Position numbers and translations under genes: made by a program. Shown here piece by piece: positions 24,340-35,864 of a DNA stretch of 64,000 nucleotides. Under the pieces are notes generated by a model. That model had not been told where the DNA came from, searched no databases, and was given only the letters and a program-made list of their open reading frames with translations. The DNA is from Mobula hypostoma (lineage: Eukaryota): contig NC_086118.1 in the NCBI RefSeq assembly GCF_963921235.1, forward strand, positions 14,014,001 through 14,078,000, written 5' to 3'. How positions within the stretch are numbered: position 1 is the first letter of the stretch; every line of letters starts with the position of its first letter.

Positions 24340-24880
24340 TAAGGTATGCCACTGAAGTTGGGCAACAACTTACTGGTAGTTCAAAAGGCAAGAAATGTGG
24401 ATAAAAACATTATTAATAGCACCTTTTACTGAGGTAAATCATGGCAAACTATCACAGAAAACAATGAAGAGGCGAGCGAAGGTGAAGCTTTCTCAAGGGA
24501 TGAGTCACGCTGATGAATTGCAAAGTCGAAGCATAATGTGTTTGAGACAGTTTTGGAGTCACAGATGGCGTCAGAGTCGGGGATGCAGTTGGTGGTGCGA
24601 TTCGGAGAGGTGTCGAGCGGAGGAGTTTTGATGCCCATCCACCTGAACGAGGAGCGAGGTTGGATCAGCACCAAGCTGATTTGGAGAGGTCGAGAACGAC
24701 TTTGGGCTGGGCGGTGAGGTCGAGGCCCAGAGCCTATTGTTGCAGTGGGGCCCAGATCCTTGTGCGAGGGACAACCTGGTGCTGGGATGATTTAAATGTC
24801 GGCCCAAATAGACTGAAAAGGTAGGGTGTCGGGACGGAAACGAGCGTAGGGCCAATTCCACTAGGTCTCCCGCAATGTTG
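24340..24880 (+). mobile_element. Unclassified CpG-rich interspersed repeat (same family as 25850-26605, opposite strand)
   Basis: aaacaatgaagaggcgagcgaaggtga here matches the reverse complement of 26481-26507. Similarity extends over several hundred nt. Confidence 0.7.
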
Positions 24881-24924
24881 ATTCCCTGATGAACACTGCT
24901 GACTGATATGATTGCATTCACTTC

Positions 24925-25075
24925 CTCTCCTCTCACCATCTTCTTGTTCTGGTTTCTGCCCCCTTCCTTTCCAATGCTGATAAAGGGTCTCAGCCTGAAA
25001 CATTGTCTCTTTATTCCTTTCAATAGATGCAGTCTGACCTGCCGAGTTGTGCATATTACTGGATTTCCAGAATCA
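24925..25075 (+). mobile_element. Degenerate Penelope-terminus piece (hammerhead remnant about 24975-25006)
   Basis: gCTGATAAagggtctcagcctGAAACATT...atagatgc. Confidence 0.6.
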
Positions 25076-25849
25076 ATCATGTTTATGTTTCACTGACAGA
25101 GATGCATATAGATTGTGATTTGTAAAAGGACAATTAAAGGTGGGAAGCTACAAAAACTGTCCTCCACTGAGGATCGCCTCTCAGGGAAGTGCAGGGTACT
25201 AGATTAATACACAAGTGTGGCAAAGACAAGGTTAATAAAGCGTAAAAACACAAAATGAAAACAAAAACACATTGCACTTTACATTTATTGAAACATAAAA
25301 TTGCCCAGCATGCTATGCAGAAGACCAGAGAGGTTGGGGGGGCGCAGAAATGTAGGCTTAACTCCACCCATAAATGATGATCTAGCAAAAATGTGCATTT
25401 AGAAATAAGGAATGCACGTGTGCACATTTGTTCCATAACATGTGTGGTCCATCCAAACGCAAGCCATATTAATCTCTTGTGAGGGATAACTTTGCTTAGA
25501 GTGTGATATTGCAGCAATCATCTTCTCAGTGTCTTTGATTTGAGTTGGTCTCTGTGATGCAGAGCATTGGGAGGGACTTTGTTCATTTAACGGAGAGGAG
25601 GTTAATACATGCGTTATCAGAAGTTTGCAGTTATTTGAGTGATTTAGAGTATTAGGAATTGCAATAAGATCAAAACTGCATTCACTTTCCATTTTGTAAA
25701 TCCATGGTAATCTATTAAAATGGTTCCTATCCCGTTTTATTTCAAATTTGTATAGTGACCAATGAGTTTTAAAATGCAGATCCCTGCTTTGAATTTTGGA
25801 TTCATCAACTTTATGAGTCGATATACTGCTATAGAAGATGCCAGAATAC

Positions 25850-26605
25850 CAAAGTTCAAAGTGCATTTTATTGGCAAAGAATGTACAGGCAGCCACAAAA
25901 CAAGAAACCCGAAAGAACCAAATTATCGTTTTTTTAAGACACCAACACCCAATGCGCAGAGAGAAAAAAAAATACAAATCAAATCAAATTAATTTATTCA
26001 AATAATAAAGCAGGCATCAGCATTCAGAAAGAAATTGATTCCATGAACCCAAAGCCGGGAGCAGCCGAGCACACCCACTGTCTCAGTCTATCATATGGAG
26101 AGCCACGACACAGCCTCAGCGCGGGGAGTGCGGAATAAGACTGGCTCGACCTCCGGTCCCAACACCTTGTCCTTTAAGTCCGTCTGGCCCGGCGTTTAAA
26201 CTGTCCAAGCACCGGGTCATTGTCCAAAGTCGGACCTCGCCGCAGTGATACGCTCTGTCCCGCTTCCGGCCCGTCCTCCACCTTTCCAAATCGGCGTGGC
26301 CCTTAGAGTGATCAAACCTCGCTCCCCGTTTAGGTGGATAGATTCCGAAACAGCTTCACTGAGGCTTTTCTCCACACGCGCTCCAACTATGCCCCAGATT
26401 CCGACTCTGACTCCATCTTTACCAGGACCTCATGCCAGCTCTGTCTCGCACACCTGCATGCCTCGACCCTCGAATCAACCTCGCCTTCGCTCGCCTCTTC
26501 GTTGTTTGCGGTGATTGTTTACCGCAATTTTCTGAATTAAAAATTTCCGTTATTGATAGAGTATTTAATCGAATTTCTTACTTGGAGAACCACATTCAGT
26601 AGCGT
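25850..26605 (-). mobile_element. Unclassified non-autonomous retroelement with LINE-like 3' tail
   Basis: The minus strand ends AATAAAatgcactttgaactttg, like Rex-type tails. CpG-rich non-coding body, with a second copy at 24340-24880. Confidence 0.65.
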
Positions 26606-26993
26606 AAGCCCTGTTTATGAATTGACATGGTGTTAATTATATATATCCTTCAGAAAGCACTGGTATCCACAACTCGTGCTTACAAGTAGACCCCAGGGAA
26701 CTTTGAAGATTAAACTGCCTCCCTTATTCCCTTACTTGATTCAAATAACTTTGGCAGTCCCAGAGTCAAAGTGGGGTGGGGGTTGTGGAGAGGAGTGGCA
26801 GCTATAAGAGAACATTAATTTGGTTGCTGTAGGGAATTATTTGTGAATTTATTTGACAGAGCTACAGGAATGTGAAAATCTATTGCTTTGCACCTATGTT
26901 TAGTGTGCAATAGTATGCACATATCCCTTTGAACCTTTCCTATCCATGTACACCTTTGTTTGCAAATTGTATTGGTTTCCATATTATATGTAT

Positions 26994-27178
26994 GGGGCGT
27001 CAGGGAGGGGTAGCACCTCTGGTGGGGGAACATGTCACGTCCTTTTCTAAGCGGTTTGTCCACCTTTGGTCCCCACCTGGCACTCAGCTCTCACCTGTGG
27101 CTCCCCGTAGCTGTTTGCATGCGACAGCGGCCACACCCCGGGCAACGGCTTCGACAAACCAGCTAAACCAGGTGAGGG
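26994..27178 (+). ncRNA. HDV-like self-cleaving ribozyme fold
   Basis: P1 ggggcgt/acacccc; P2 ctctcacctg/caggtgaggg; P3 ggc/gcc; L3 tcccc pairing with gg (P1.1); GGGCAAC after P1'; P4 ggctt-cgac-aaacc; J4/2 gCtaa. Confidence 0.7.
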
Positions 27179-27550
27179 TAGCCGACGGGTCTCAAACCCT
27201 CTGTGAGATAGGGAGTTGTCTACCCCAGTATGTGAAGACAGACTCCGGCCGACTGAGCGGATGAGACCAATGGAAGGTCCAACAGTCAAGAAGGCGGTCT
27301 CTACAAGTGTCGTGGAATGCGTAGAGCAGGACAAGACACAGAAGATGTCCTGGTCATCCACTGCGCCTAGACCCGTCTCCAGCCATCTCGACTCTGTCTT
27401 GCCACTGGATCCAGATGGGAATTGGGAAGAGAGAGTGAGGCTGATGCTGCGCAACTCTCCCTCACTTAAATCCAAAGCATGCACCGGTCTCGACACCATC
27501 AAATGGTGTTGAGGTCCTCATCGATGTTGACGGTGGATGAACACACACAC
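26994..27550 (+). mobile_element. ~560-nt non-coding retroelement (probably RTE-derived, non-autonomous) with a 5' ribozyme and (AC)n tail
   Basis: GC-rich island sharply bounded by AT-rich DNA. It ends gatga(ac)5. The flanks catattatatgt / catataatgt resemble an imperfect TSD. Confidence 0.6.
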
Positions 27551-28074
27551 ATATAATGTTTTTTCTCACCCAGGAGTTTGCAGAGTAGGGTTGTGATGAA
27601 TTCAGTGAGCTGACTGGCTAGTGGAGTGCTTCAAAATAATGCCATGGTCATCTAGCTAACACAGTTCAACTCACACAGAGGATTCGTGCTTAGGATTTGC
27701 CTTCAGTGCTACTGTTGCTCACTTTGAAAGCAATAGGACTTGAAACAAACATGGTGTTTCCAAACATCACCACAGTTTTTGAAGTCCACAAGGAAGGTTA
27801 TTTGGATATTCTCAGTTGCTGCTTATAGTCATAAAAACTGGCCATTCCAATGGCAAGCAACATTACAGGAAGACTCAGGAAAAGACATTCAGACCAGATG
27901 ACCTGCAACTAGAGGAAAGCAGATGTAGACAAAGTAGCTCCTCAGTAAAAACTCATACCAGTATGAGTTTTACAGGTGCATTTTCCAATGGCTGTGTCCC
28001 ATAGCTGTCCCCCAGGCCTCAGGGGCTGCCTACTGGTTGGCCACAGAACTATATTAGCCCCAGATAGTTTAAAT

Positions 28075-28748
28075 TAGTCAATTAGCCTTCATCAATTGTG
28101 GGATTGAGTTTAAGAGCTGAGGGATAATGTTGCAGCTATATAGGACCCTGGTCAGACCCCACTTGGAGTACTGTGCTCATTTCTGGTCGCCTCACTATAG
28201 GAAGGACGTGGAAACCTTAGAAAGGCTGCAGAGGAGATTTACAAGGATGTTGCCTGGATTGGGGAGCATGCCTTATGAGAATAGGTTGAGTGAGCTCAGC
28301 CTTTTCTCCTTGGAGTGACGGAGGATGAGAGTTGATAGAGGTGTGCAAGATAATGAGAGGCAGAGGCTTTTCCCCAGGGCTGAAATGGCTAGCACGAGAG
28401 GGCATAGTTTTAAGGTGCTTGAAAGTAGGTACTAGCTCTTCTTTCAGTTAGTCCTGACGAAGGGTCTCAGCCCGAAATGTCAACTGTACCTCTTCCTATA
28501 GATGCTGACTGGTCTGCTGCGTTCACTAGCAACTTTTATGTGTGTTGCTTGAAATTCCAGCATCTGCAGATTTCCTCATGTTTGCGTACGTACAGAGGAG
28601 ATGTCAGGGGTAAGTTTTTTATGCAGAGAGTGGTGAGTGCGTGGAATGGGCTGCCGGCGGCAGTGGTGGAGGCGGATATGATAGGGTCTTTTAAGAGTCT
28701 CCTGGATGGCTACATGGAGCTTAGAAAAATAGAGGGCTTTGGGTAAAG
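28075..28748 (+). mobile_element. CR1 LINE 3' part (tail resumes at 29657-29740)
   Basis: LQLYRTLVRPHLEYCAHFWSPH...LERLQRRFTRMLPG and FFMQRVVSAWNGLP. Confidence 0.92.
28433..28589 (+). mobile_element. 157-nt Penelope-terminus insertion with a minimal hammerhead (28450-28485)
   Basis: Interrupts the CR1 sequence at gtac (28429-28432 / 28590-28593). Core agtc-CTGACGA-a-ggg-tctcag-ccc-GAAATGTC-aact. Confidence 0.85.
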
Positions 28749-28751
28749 ATC

Positions 28752-29656
28752 CTTTGTAAGATACTGTAAGATACTTTATACTTAATTGTTGCCAAACAAT
28801 TGGTACTAGAACGTACAACCATCACAGCGATATTTAATTCTGCACTTCACACTCCCTGGATTACAAATATAAAATATTAAAAAATAGTTAACATTAGTAA
28901 ATATTAAAAATTTAAATTATAAATCATAAATAGAAAATAGCAAAATGGGTAGTGCAAAAAAACCGAGGGGCAGGTCCGGATATTTCGAGGGTACGGCCCA
29001 GATCCAGGTCGGGATCTGGTCAGCAGTCTTAGCATAGTTGGAAAGAAGCTATTCCCAAATCTGGCCATAGGAGTCTTCAAGCTCCTGAACCTTCTCCCGG
29101 AGGGAAGAGGGACGAAAAGTGTATTGGCTGGGTGGGTCGTGTCCTTGATTACCCTGGCAGCACTGCTCCAACAGCGTGCAGTGTAAAGTGAGTCCACGGA
29201 TGGAAGATTGGTTTGTGTGATGTGCTGCGCCGTGTTCACGATCTTCTGCAGCTTCTTTTGGTCTTGGACAGGACAACTTCCATACCAGGTTGTGATGCAC
29301 AACAATTGTAGGCCGTATCTCTGGTAATGATGAGTTTGAGTACAGAGAGGAAATTAAGAACCTGGTGGCATGGTGCAAAGAAAATAACCTATCCCTCAAC
29401 GTCAGCAAGACGAAGGAATTGGTTGTTGACTTCAGAAGGAGTAGCAGACTGCACAACCCAATTTACATCAGTAACGCGCAAGTGGAACAGGTCAAAAGCT
29501 TTAAGTTCCTCGGGGTCAATATCACAAATGACCTGATTTGGTCCAACTAAGCAGTGTTCACTGCCAAGAAGGCCCACCAGCGCCTTTACTTCCTGAGAAA
29601 ACTAAAGAAATTTGGCCTGTCCCCTAAAACCCTCACTAATTTTTATAGATGCATCA
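28752..29656. mobile_element. Rex1/Babar-type LINE with 5' inversion (minus 28752-29300, plus 29301-29656)
   Basis: The minus part encodes the C-terminus (CITTWYGSC...GNSFFPTMLRLL). The plus part encodes the immediately upstream RT segment (WCKENNLSLNVSKTKELVVDFR). Confidence 0.88.
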
Positions 29657-29740
29657 AAGCCTAGGTAGTTCTAAGGTAGGGACATGTTCGGCACAGTTTC
29701 GTGGGCCGAAGGGCCTGTATTGTGCTGTATGTTTTCTATG

Positions 29741-31476
29741 ACAATAGACAATAGGTGCAGGAGTACGCCATTCAGCCCTTTGAACCAGCACCGCCATTCA
29801 CTGTGATCATGGCTGATCATCCACAATCAGTACCCCGTTCCTGCCTTCTCCCCATATCCCTTGACTCCACTATCTTTAAGAGCTCTATCTAACTCTTTCT
29901 TGAAAGCATCCAGAGAATTGGCCTCCACTGCTTCTGGGGCAGAGCATTCCACAGATCCACAACTATCTGGGTCAAAAAGTTTTTCCTCAACTCCGTTCTA
30001 AATGGCCTGCCCCTTATTCTTAAACTGTAGCCTCTGGTTCTGGACTTCTGCTTCTAGCGTGTCCAATCCCTTAATAATCTTATATGTTTCAATCAGATCC
30101 TCTCTCATCCTTCTAAATTCCAGTGTATACAAGCCCAGTTGCTCCAATCTTTCAACATATGACAGTCCCGCCATCCCAGGAATTAACCTCATGAACCTAC
30201 GCTACCCTCCCTCAATAGCAAGAATGTCCTTCCTCAAATTTGTAGACCAAGACTGCACACAATACTCCAGGTGTGGTCTCACCAGCGCCCTGTACAACTG
30301 CAGAAGGACCTCTTTGCTCCTATACTCAACTCTCCTTGTTATGAAGGCCAACATGCCATTAGCTTTCTTCACAGCCTGCTGCACCTGCATGCTTACTTTC
30401 AGTGACTGATGAACAAGGACACCTAGATCTTGTTGTACTTCCCCTTCTCTTAACTTGACACCATTCAGATAGTAATCTGCCTTCCTGTTCTTGCCACCAA
30501 AGTGAATAACCTCACATTTATCCACATTAAACTGCATCTGCCCACTCACCCAACCCGTCCAATTCACCCTGCATTCTCATAACATCCTCCTCACATTTCA
30601 CACTGCCAGCCTGCTTTGTGTCATCTGCAAATTTGCTAATGTTACTTTTAATCCCTTCATCTAAATCATTAATGTATATTGTAAATAGCTGCGGTCCCAG
30701 CACCGAGCCTTGCGGTACCCCACTAGTCACTGCCTGCCATTCTGAAAGGGAACCGTTAATCCCTACTGTTTGTTTCCTGTCTGCCAACCAATTTTCTATC
30801 CATGTCAGTACCCTACCCCCAATACCATGTGCTCTAATTTTGCCCACTAATCTCTTATGTGGGACCTTATCAAAGGCTTTCTGAAAGTCCAGGTACACTA
30901 CATCCACTGGCTTTCACTTGTCCATTTTCATAGTTACATCCTCAAAAAATTCCAGAAGATTAGTCAAGCATGATTTCCCCTTTGTAAATCCATGCTGACT
31001 CGGACCGATCCTGTTACTGCTATACAAATGTGCTGCTATTTCATCCTTTATAATTGACTCCAGCATCGTCCCCACCACTGATGTCAGGCTAACTGATCTA
31101 TAATTCCCTGTTTTCTCTCTCCCTCCTTTCTTAAAAAGTGGGATAACATTAGCTACCCTCCAGTCCTCAGGAACTGATCCTGAATCTATAGAACATTGGA
31201 AAATGATTACCAATGCATCCACGATTTCTAGAGCCACCTCCTTAAGTACCCTGGGATGCAGGCCATCAGGCCCTGGGGATTTATCAGCCTTCAGCCACAT
31301 CAGTCTATCCAAAACCATTTTCTGCCTAATGTGAACTTCCTTCAGTTCCTCTGTTACCCTAGGTCCCCTGGCCACTATTACATATGAGAGATTGTTTGTC
31401 TCTTCCCTAGTGAAGATAGATCCAAAGTACCTGTTCAACTCATCTGCCATTACTTTGTTCCCCATAATAAGTTCAC
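29741..31476 (-). mobile_element. CR1 LINE ORF2 fragment plus 3' UTR
   Basis: KSPGPDGLHPRVLKE, NYRSVSLTS, YLDFQKAFDKVPH, GVPQGSVLGP, KFADDTK, and an (acaatag)n tail. Confidence 0.95.
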
Positions 31477-32649
31477 CTATGTTTCTATGATTCCAAAGCA
31501 GTCTGCAAAGGCATGAGTTTCAACAGTGTGTGGGTTCTGTTCATATCTTATCAATAACTAAGTCATGAGCTTTCAAATGTTGCTTCAGAGTTGGATGCAC
31601 AAGTGTTCTGATGCAGCTGACCAGCATTTCCAAACCAAAATACCTGGTCAATGTTCCGGTCAAATTGATGGTTCTTATGGCATTCTTTGACGGCCGTTGC
31701 AATTGAACATGCTTATATGACTGCTCTTCCTGTGTACCACACATTTTCTATATCCTGGCCTGTTGAATCCTTAACATTGGCCTTTTGCAGGAGCACCTGT
31801 GACCTAGCCCTGGATCACAGCTATCCTTTTTCCTCAGCGCTGACTGCTGATCACCTGGGACTCGCCTCAAAATAGCCCTGATGACAATGGCATGTTACTT
31901 TTCTTCCCTTCAGCCGTCATCCCACCAGGATGCAGTGCTTGGCTTCCACAAAAGAGAGAAAAACACAGGAGTAGTAAAATATTGAGAAGAGATGATAGAA
32001 AAGGTGTCTGGGGTTGGAAGTAGAGCGAGTGGATTGTGAGGGTGGTATGGCATATCTTCCTCCTCCTATAATTAATGGAGGTGATATAGGAAAATACAAA
32101 CTTCTCCCTGGAGCGGGTGGATAACAGGACAGGTAGGCTGGTGGTTTGTGAGGCAGTTCAGTGCACCTGTCAAAGAATCGTAAGCTGTAAGAGGAAATCT
32201 TCTCAAAGCCTGCTTGTTGTTAACAAAGATTGGATTAATATCCCTTTATGAAATTTAGCAGTTCAATGTGTTCATTTCCTGTGGTTCTTGTACTGGTTAC
32301 TATGTCTAATTTCCATTTAGTTCACAAAAGGCTGTAATTCCATCTAATGCGGGGTGCTGACCATAGCGTCATCAATTCCTTGGCCCATGTAGATGCTGTT
32401 CGGCATGTTGAGCTCCTTCAGCAATTTGTTTATTTTTTTCTCTAATTCAATCTTCCAGCTATTTTTTTTTATTCTATTTGCCATTTCTTTCTTCCCTACC
32501 ACCTTCATGGCACCTCTATATCTCTGAGTTAGAAATAGTTAATTTGGCTCAACTGAACCAAGCACACCAAGATGCTTATCCATGCTAGTTCCATTTGGCC
32601 ACATTTGACAAATATCCCTCTAAACCTTTCTTATCCATCTACATAAGTT

Positions 32650-32890
32650 CAACAGATCCTACAGGTGCAGGAAGTCCAAAGCAACACACACAAAATGCTG
32701 AAGGAATTCAGTAGGTCAGGCAGCAACTATGGAAAGCAATGAAAAGTCATCATTTTGGGCTGAGACCCTTCATCAGGACTGAGGAAGAAAAAGAGAAAGA
32801 AGCCAGAATAAGGGAAAGGGGATGGGATGGATTACAAGCTGGAAGGTGACAGGTGAAGCCATGTGAGGGGGAAGGTGGGTGGGTGGGTGT
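32650..32890 (-). mobile_element. Penelope-terminus piece (hammerhead remnant 32745-32780) inside a CR1 3' fragment (about 32530-33050)
   Basis: Minus strand: agtc-CTGATGA-agggtctcagccc-AAAATGATgact. Confidence 0.7.
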
Positions 32891-33287
32891 CTTTTAAATG
32901 ATGTTACTGTACTACCCTCAACTTCTTCCTCTGACTGCTCATTTCGATTATCTTCCGCCCTCTGCCTGAAGATATTTCTGAACAGGTCCCTTTTAAATCT
33001 TTCCCTTCACCTTAAATCTATGTGCTTTAATTTTTGATTCCCTTTCCTTGAAAATTACAGTTACAGCTGTATGAGAAAACTGGCTACCACAATTTTTAGC
33101 TTCATCTCTTTTTATTTGCATATCTTTGCTACTCTTTCAATTAACATTCACTATTTTCATGTATCAAATATTTTGTGATCTGACTTCATTAAATTATATT
33201 ACTTTTAGTTCCCCAAAAATAAAGAGGTGAAAAACAACAAGTCGGCGAGAAGCTGTGGACAGATAAACAGAGTTAATACTTCAGATT

Positions 33288-33430
33288 CACAAACACAAGA
33301 GATTCTGTAGATGCTGGAAGTTCAAGGCAACGCACACAAAATGCTGGAGGACCTATGGCAAAGAGTAAACAGTCTTTTCCTTAGATGCTGCCTGGCCTGC
33401 TGAGTTCCTCCAGCATTTTGTGTATGTTGT
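33288..33430. repeat. Palindromic derivative of the Penelope terminus (hammerhead deleted)
   Basis: cacacaaaatgctggagga is inverted as tcctccagcattttgtgtatg. Confidence 0.7.
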
Positions 33431-34389
33431 TAATGTTTCAGATTGTTGATGCTTCAGATTTCAATCTCTCAAATGGTTTGAATTTCTCAATCCACGGGAC
33501 CACCACCGTTGTGGCCTCGAGCTCCATTTTTGGGTTTACTCTCCTCATTATTTATACTGCCTTCTGATATCAACACGAATAAATAATCTACACCAATAAT
33601 CTTCAATGCTAGTTTGTCGCAACCACTGCTGGCTCCTGGGCAGATTTCATATTTGATCAACAAACCTGAATCAGTTAAAGTTATTGAATACAATTAGCCA
33701 TTTAAATGAAAAACTTTGCATTCATTATAGCACTTTTTATGTATATTAAAAGATGCCTCAAAAAGCTTTACCAACACTGAAGCACTCTTGAGGTCACATT
33801 TATATCATAGGAAATTAATTAAATAAAACTATTTCTTGCTTACACGTCATTTCTTACCCTTTGCTTTCAAAAGCCTCATCTGTGCTCCCACCATTTTGGA
33901 CTTTGCATTCTGAAGACTTCTACTGACTGATCTCTGTATCTCCAGCCTCATGCCCTTAGTTGGTCTAAAACTTCGCTGTTGTTGACCTAGCTTAAAGAAG
34001 GATTTTATAGCTAATCTAACTTGTCTTTTTGCATTTTACTTACACCCAGTGCTTCAGAAAATGGTCTTCAATGCTCTCATTCTCAGTGCCCAGTGGCTTC
34101 CCATCTTGCCCGGATAATCTTTGCGACAAATGTATACAAGATTATGCTTTTCACTTCTTCGGGAATTTCACCTACTTTTGCATTCAACTCATTATGGTCC
34201 ACCACAACAAAGGAGAGAGTAATGTAATATCAGATTATTGTTTACTTTTTTTTTAAATGGCTATCTCTCTACAGCTATCTTAATTCATTGTCCTCTTTAA
34301 AAGGATGCAAATTATGAAATGTAATGGAGAAGGGCAGGTGCTTGCAAGAAAATAAATACATTATTGAAAACCTCGAATCTGTAATATAT

Positions 34390-34935
34390 AAGTGATGTTC
34401 TGCAGAGGTCAGTAGTTGGACCCCTTCTTTTCACTTTATATGTCAATGATTTGGATGACGGAATTGATGGCTTTGTGGCCAACTTCGCAGATGATACAAA
34501 GGTACGTGAAGGGACAGGTAGTGTTAAGGAAGCAGGGAGTCTGCAGAAGATTTGGACGGATTGGGAAAATAGGCAAAACAGAGCACATAGAATATAGTGT
34601 CGGAAAGTGTCATGCACTTTGGTAGAAAGAATAAAGGCATAGACTATCTCTTAAAAGGGGAGAAAGTTCAAAAACCGAAGATGCAAAGGGACATGGGAGT
34701 CCTTGTGCAGGATTCCCTAAAGGTTAATTTGCAGGTTGAGTCAATAGTAAAATAGTAAGGAAGACAAATGCAATGTTATCATTCATTTTGAGAGGACTAG
34801 AATACAAGTGCAAGGATGTGAGGTTTGATAAGGCAGGAGAATGGTGTTGAAAGGGATAATAAATAAGCCATGATGGAATGGTGGAGCAGAATTGATGGGC
34901 CAAATGGCCTAATTTGTCTTCTATGTCTGATGGCC
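34390..34935 (+). mobile_element. CR1 LINE fragment
   Basis: GPLLFTLYVNDLDDGIDGFVANFADDTK segment and a CR1 3' tail. Confidence 0.85.
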
Positions 34936-35864
34936 TTAGGATAATATTCACGGTCTTTCCAACCTGTAGCAGTTATACTTTAGTCTATTTGTTCTATCCG
35001 TTCATTATTTGTGTATTGGTGCTATCCTTACATGTAGTCTCTTATCACACTGAACAATAAAATCACAATATAAATATTCCTCCATCACAGTATCTGGCTG
35101 CTGTCTCATTCCTTGAATATACCTCCTCTTGTTATCTTTGTAATCAATTTACAGCCTACAATTATGTTCTGTATGTGTGTTAAAGAGCAGCTGGTTATCT
35201 GGTCTGGCGAAGAGAATTGGAGAGCTTGATGTTGAATAATAGAATTAACAACACTGTAGGAAACTCTTCAGTCACTCTAATTCTATTTCACCGAGCTCTG
35301 TCATGATATCTGTTCATTTATTACATTCCCAACTGTTTATTACTGTGCTTCTGATCTTTTTATGATCCAATTTCTCAGTGAGCTTTAATAAATACTCCTT
35401 TTTCTTTACAAAGAGTGATCCATTTTCTCTTTAAACGGTCAAATGATCTCAGCCCTCCTCATTAAGTGTGCAACCAAAGAGCTATACACAGCTCACCATT
35501 TGATGACAGAATTTCAGCCATCTCATGAATGGAAACGACCGTTGGTTAGACACTGCGAACGCAGAATGCCCAGCTCCACAGGGGAAGTGGCGACGTGCTA
35601 GAAAACTGCTTGCATGCACTGGGAAAACAGGGAACTGTGTACCAGCATGACTCAAAATAAAAAACAAACAAGTCTCCTGACAACTTTTGAAGAAGTTCTC
35701 AGCAAACCATATCCATAAGACCACTCAATACTAAAGGAATTAAATGCTATCTACCTGGGGTATACACAACTCAACTGTACCTCTACAAATATATGTTTGA
35801 CCTAAGGGGACATTGGACCACCTGTTGCCAAAAATTATTATTAAACAGCACTGATTCATTTTGC

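Noticed and set aside
25399..25977. 192-aa minus ORF
   Set aside because: It begins in a repeat tail, has no recognisable domain and looks like a chance open frame.
27088..27178. Twister or pistol ribozyme interpretation
   Set aside because: Their conserved motifs are absent, and the HDV-like topology explains the pairings better.
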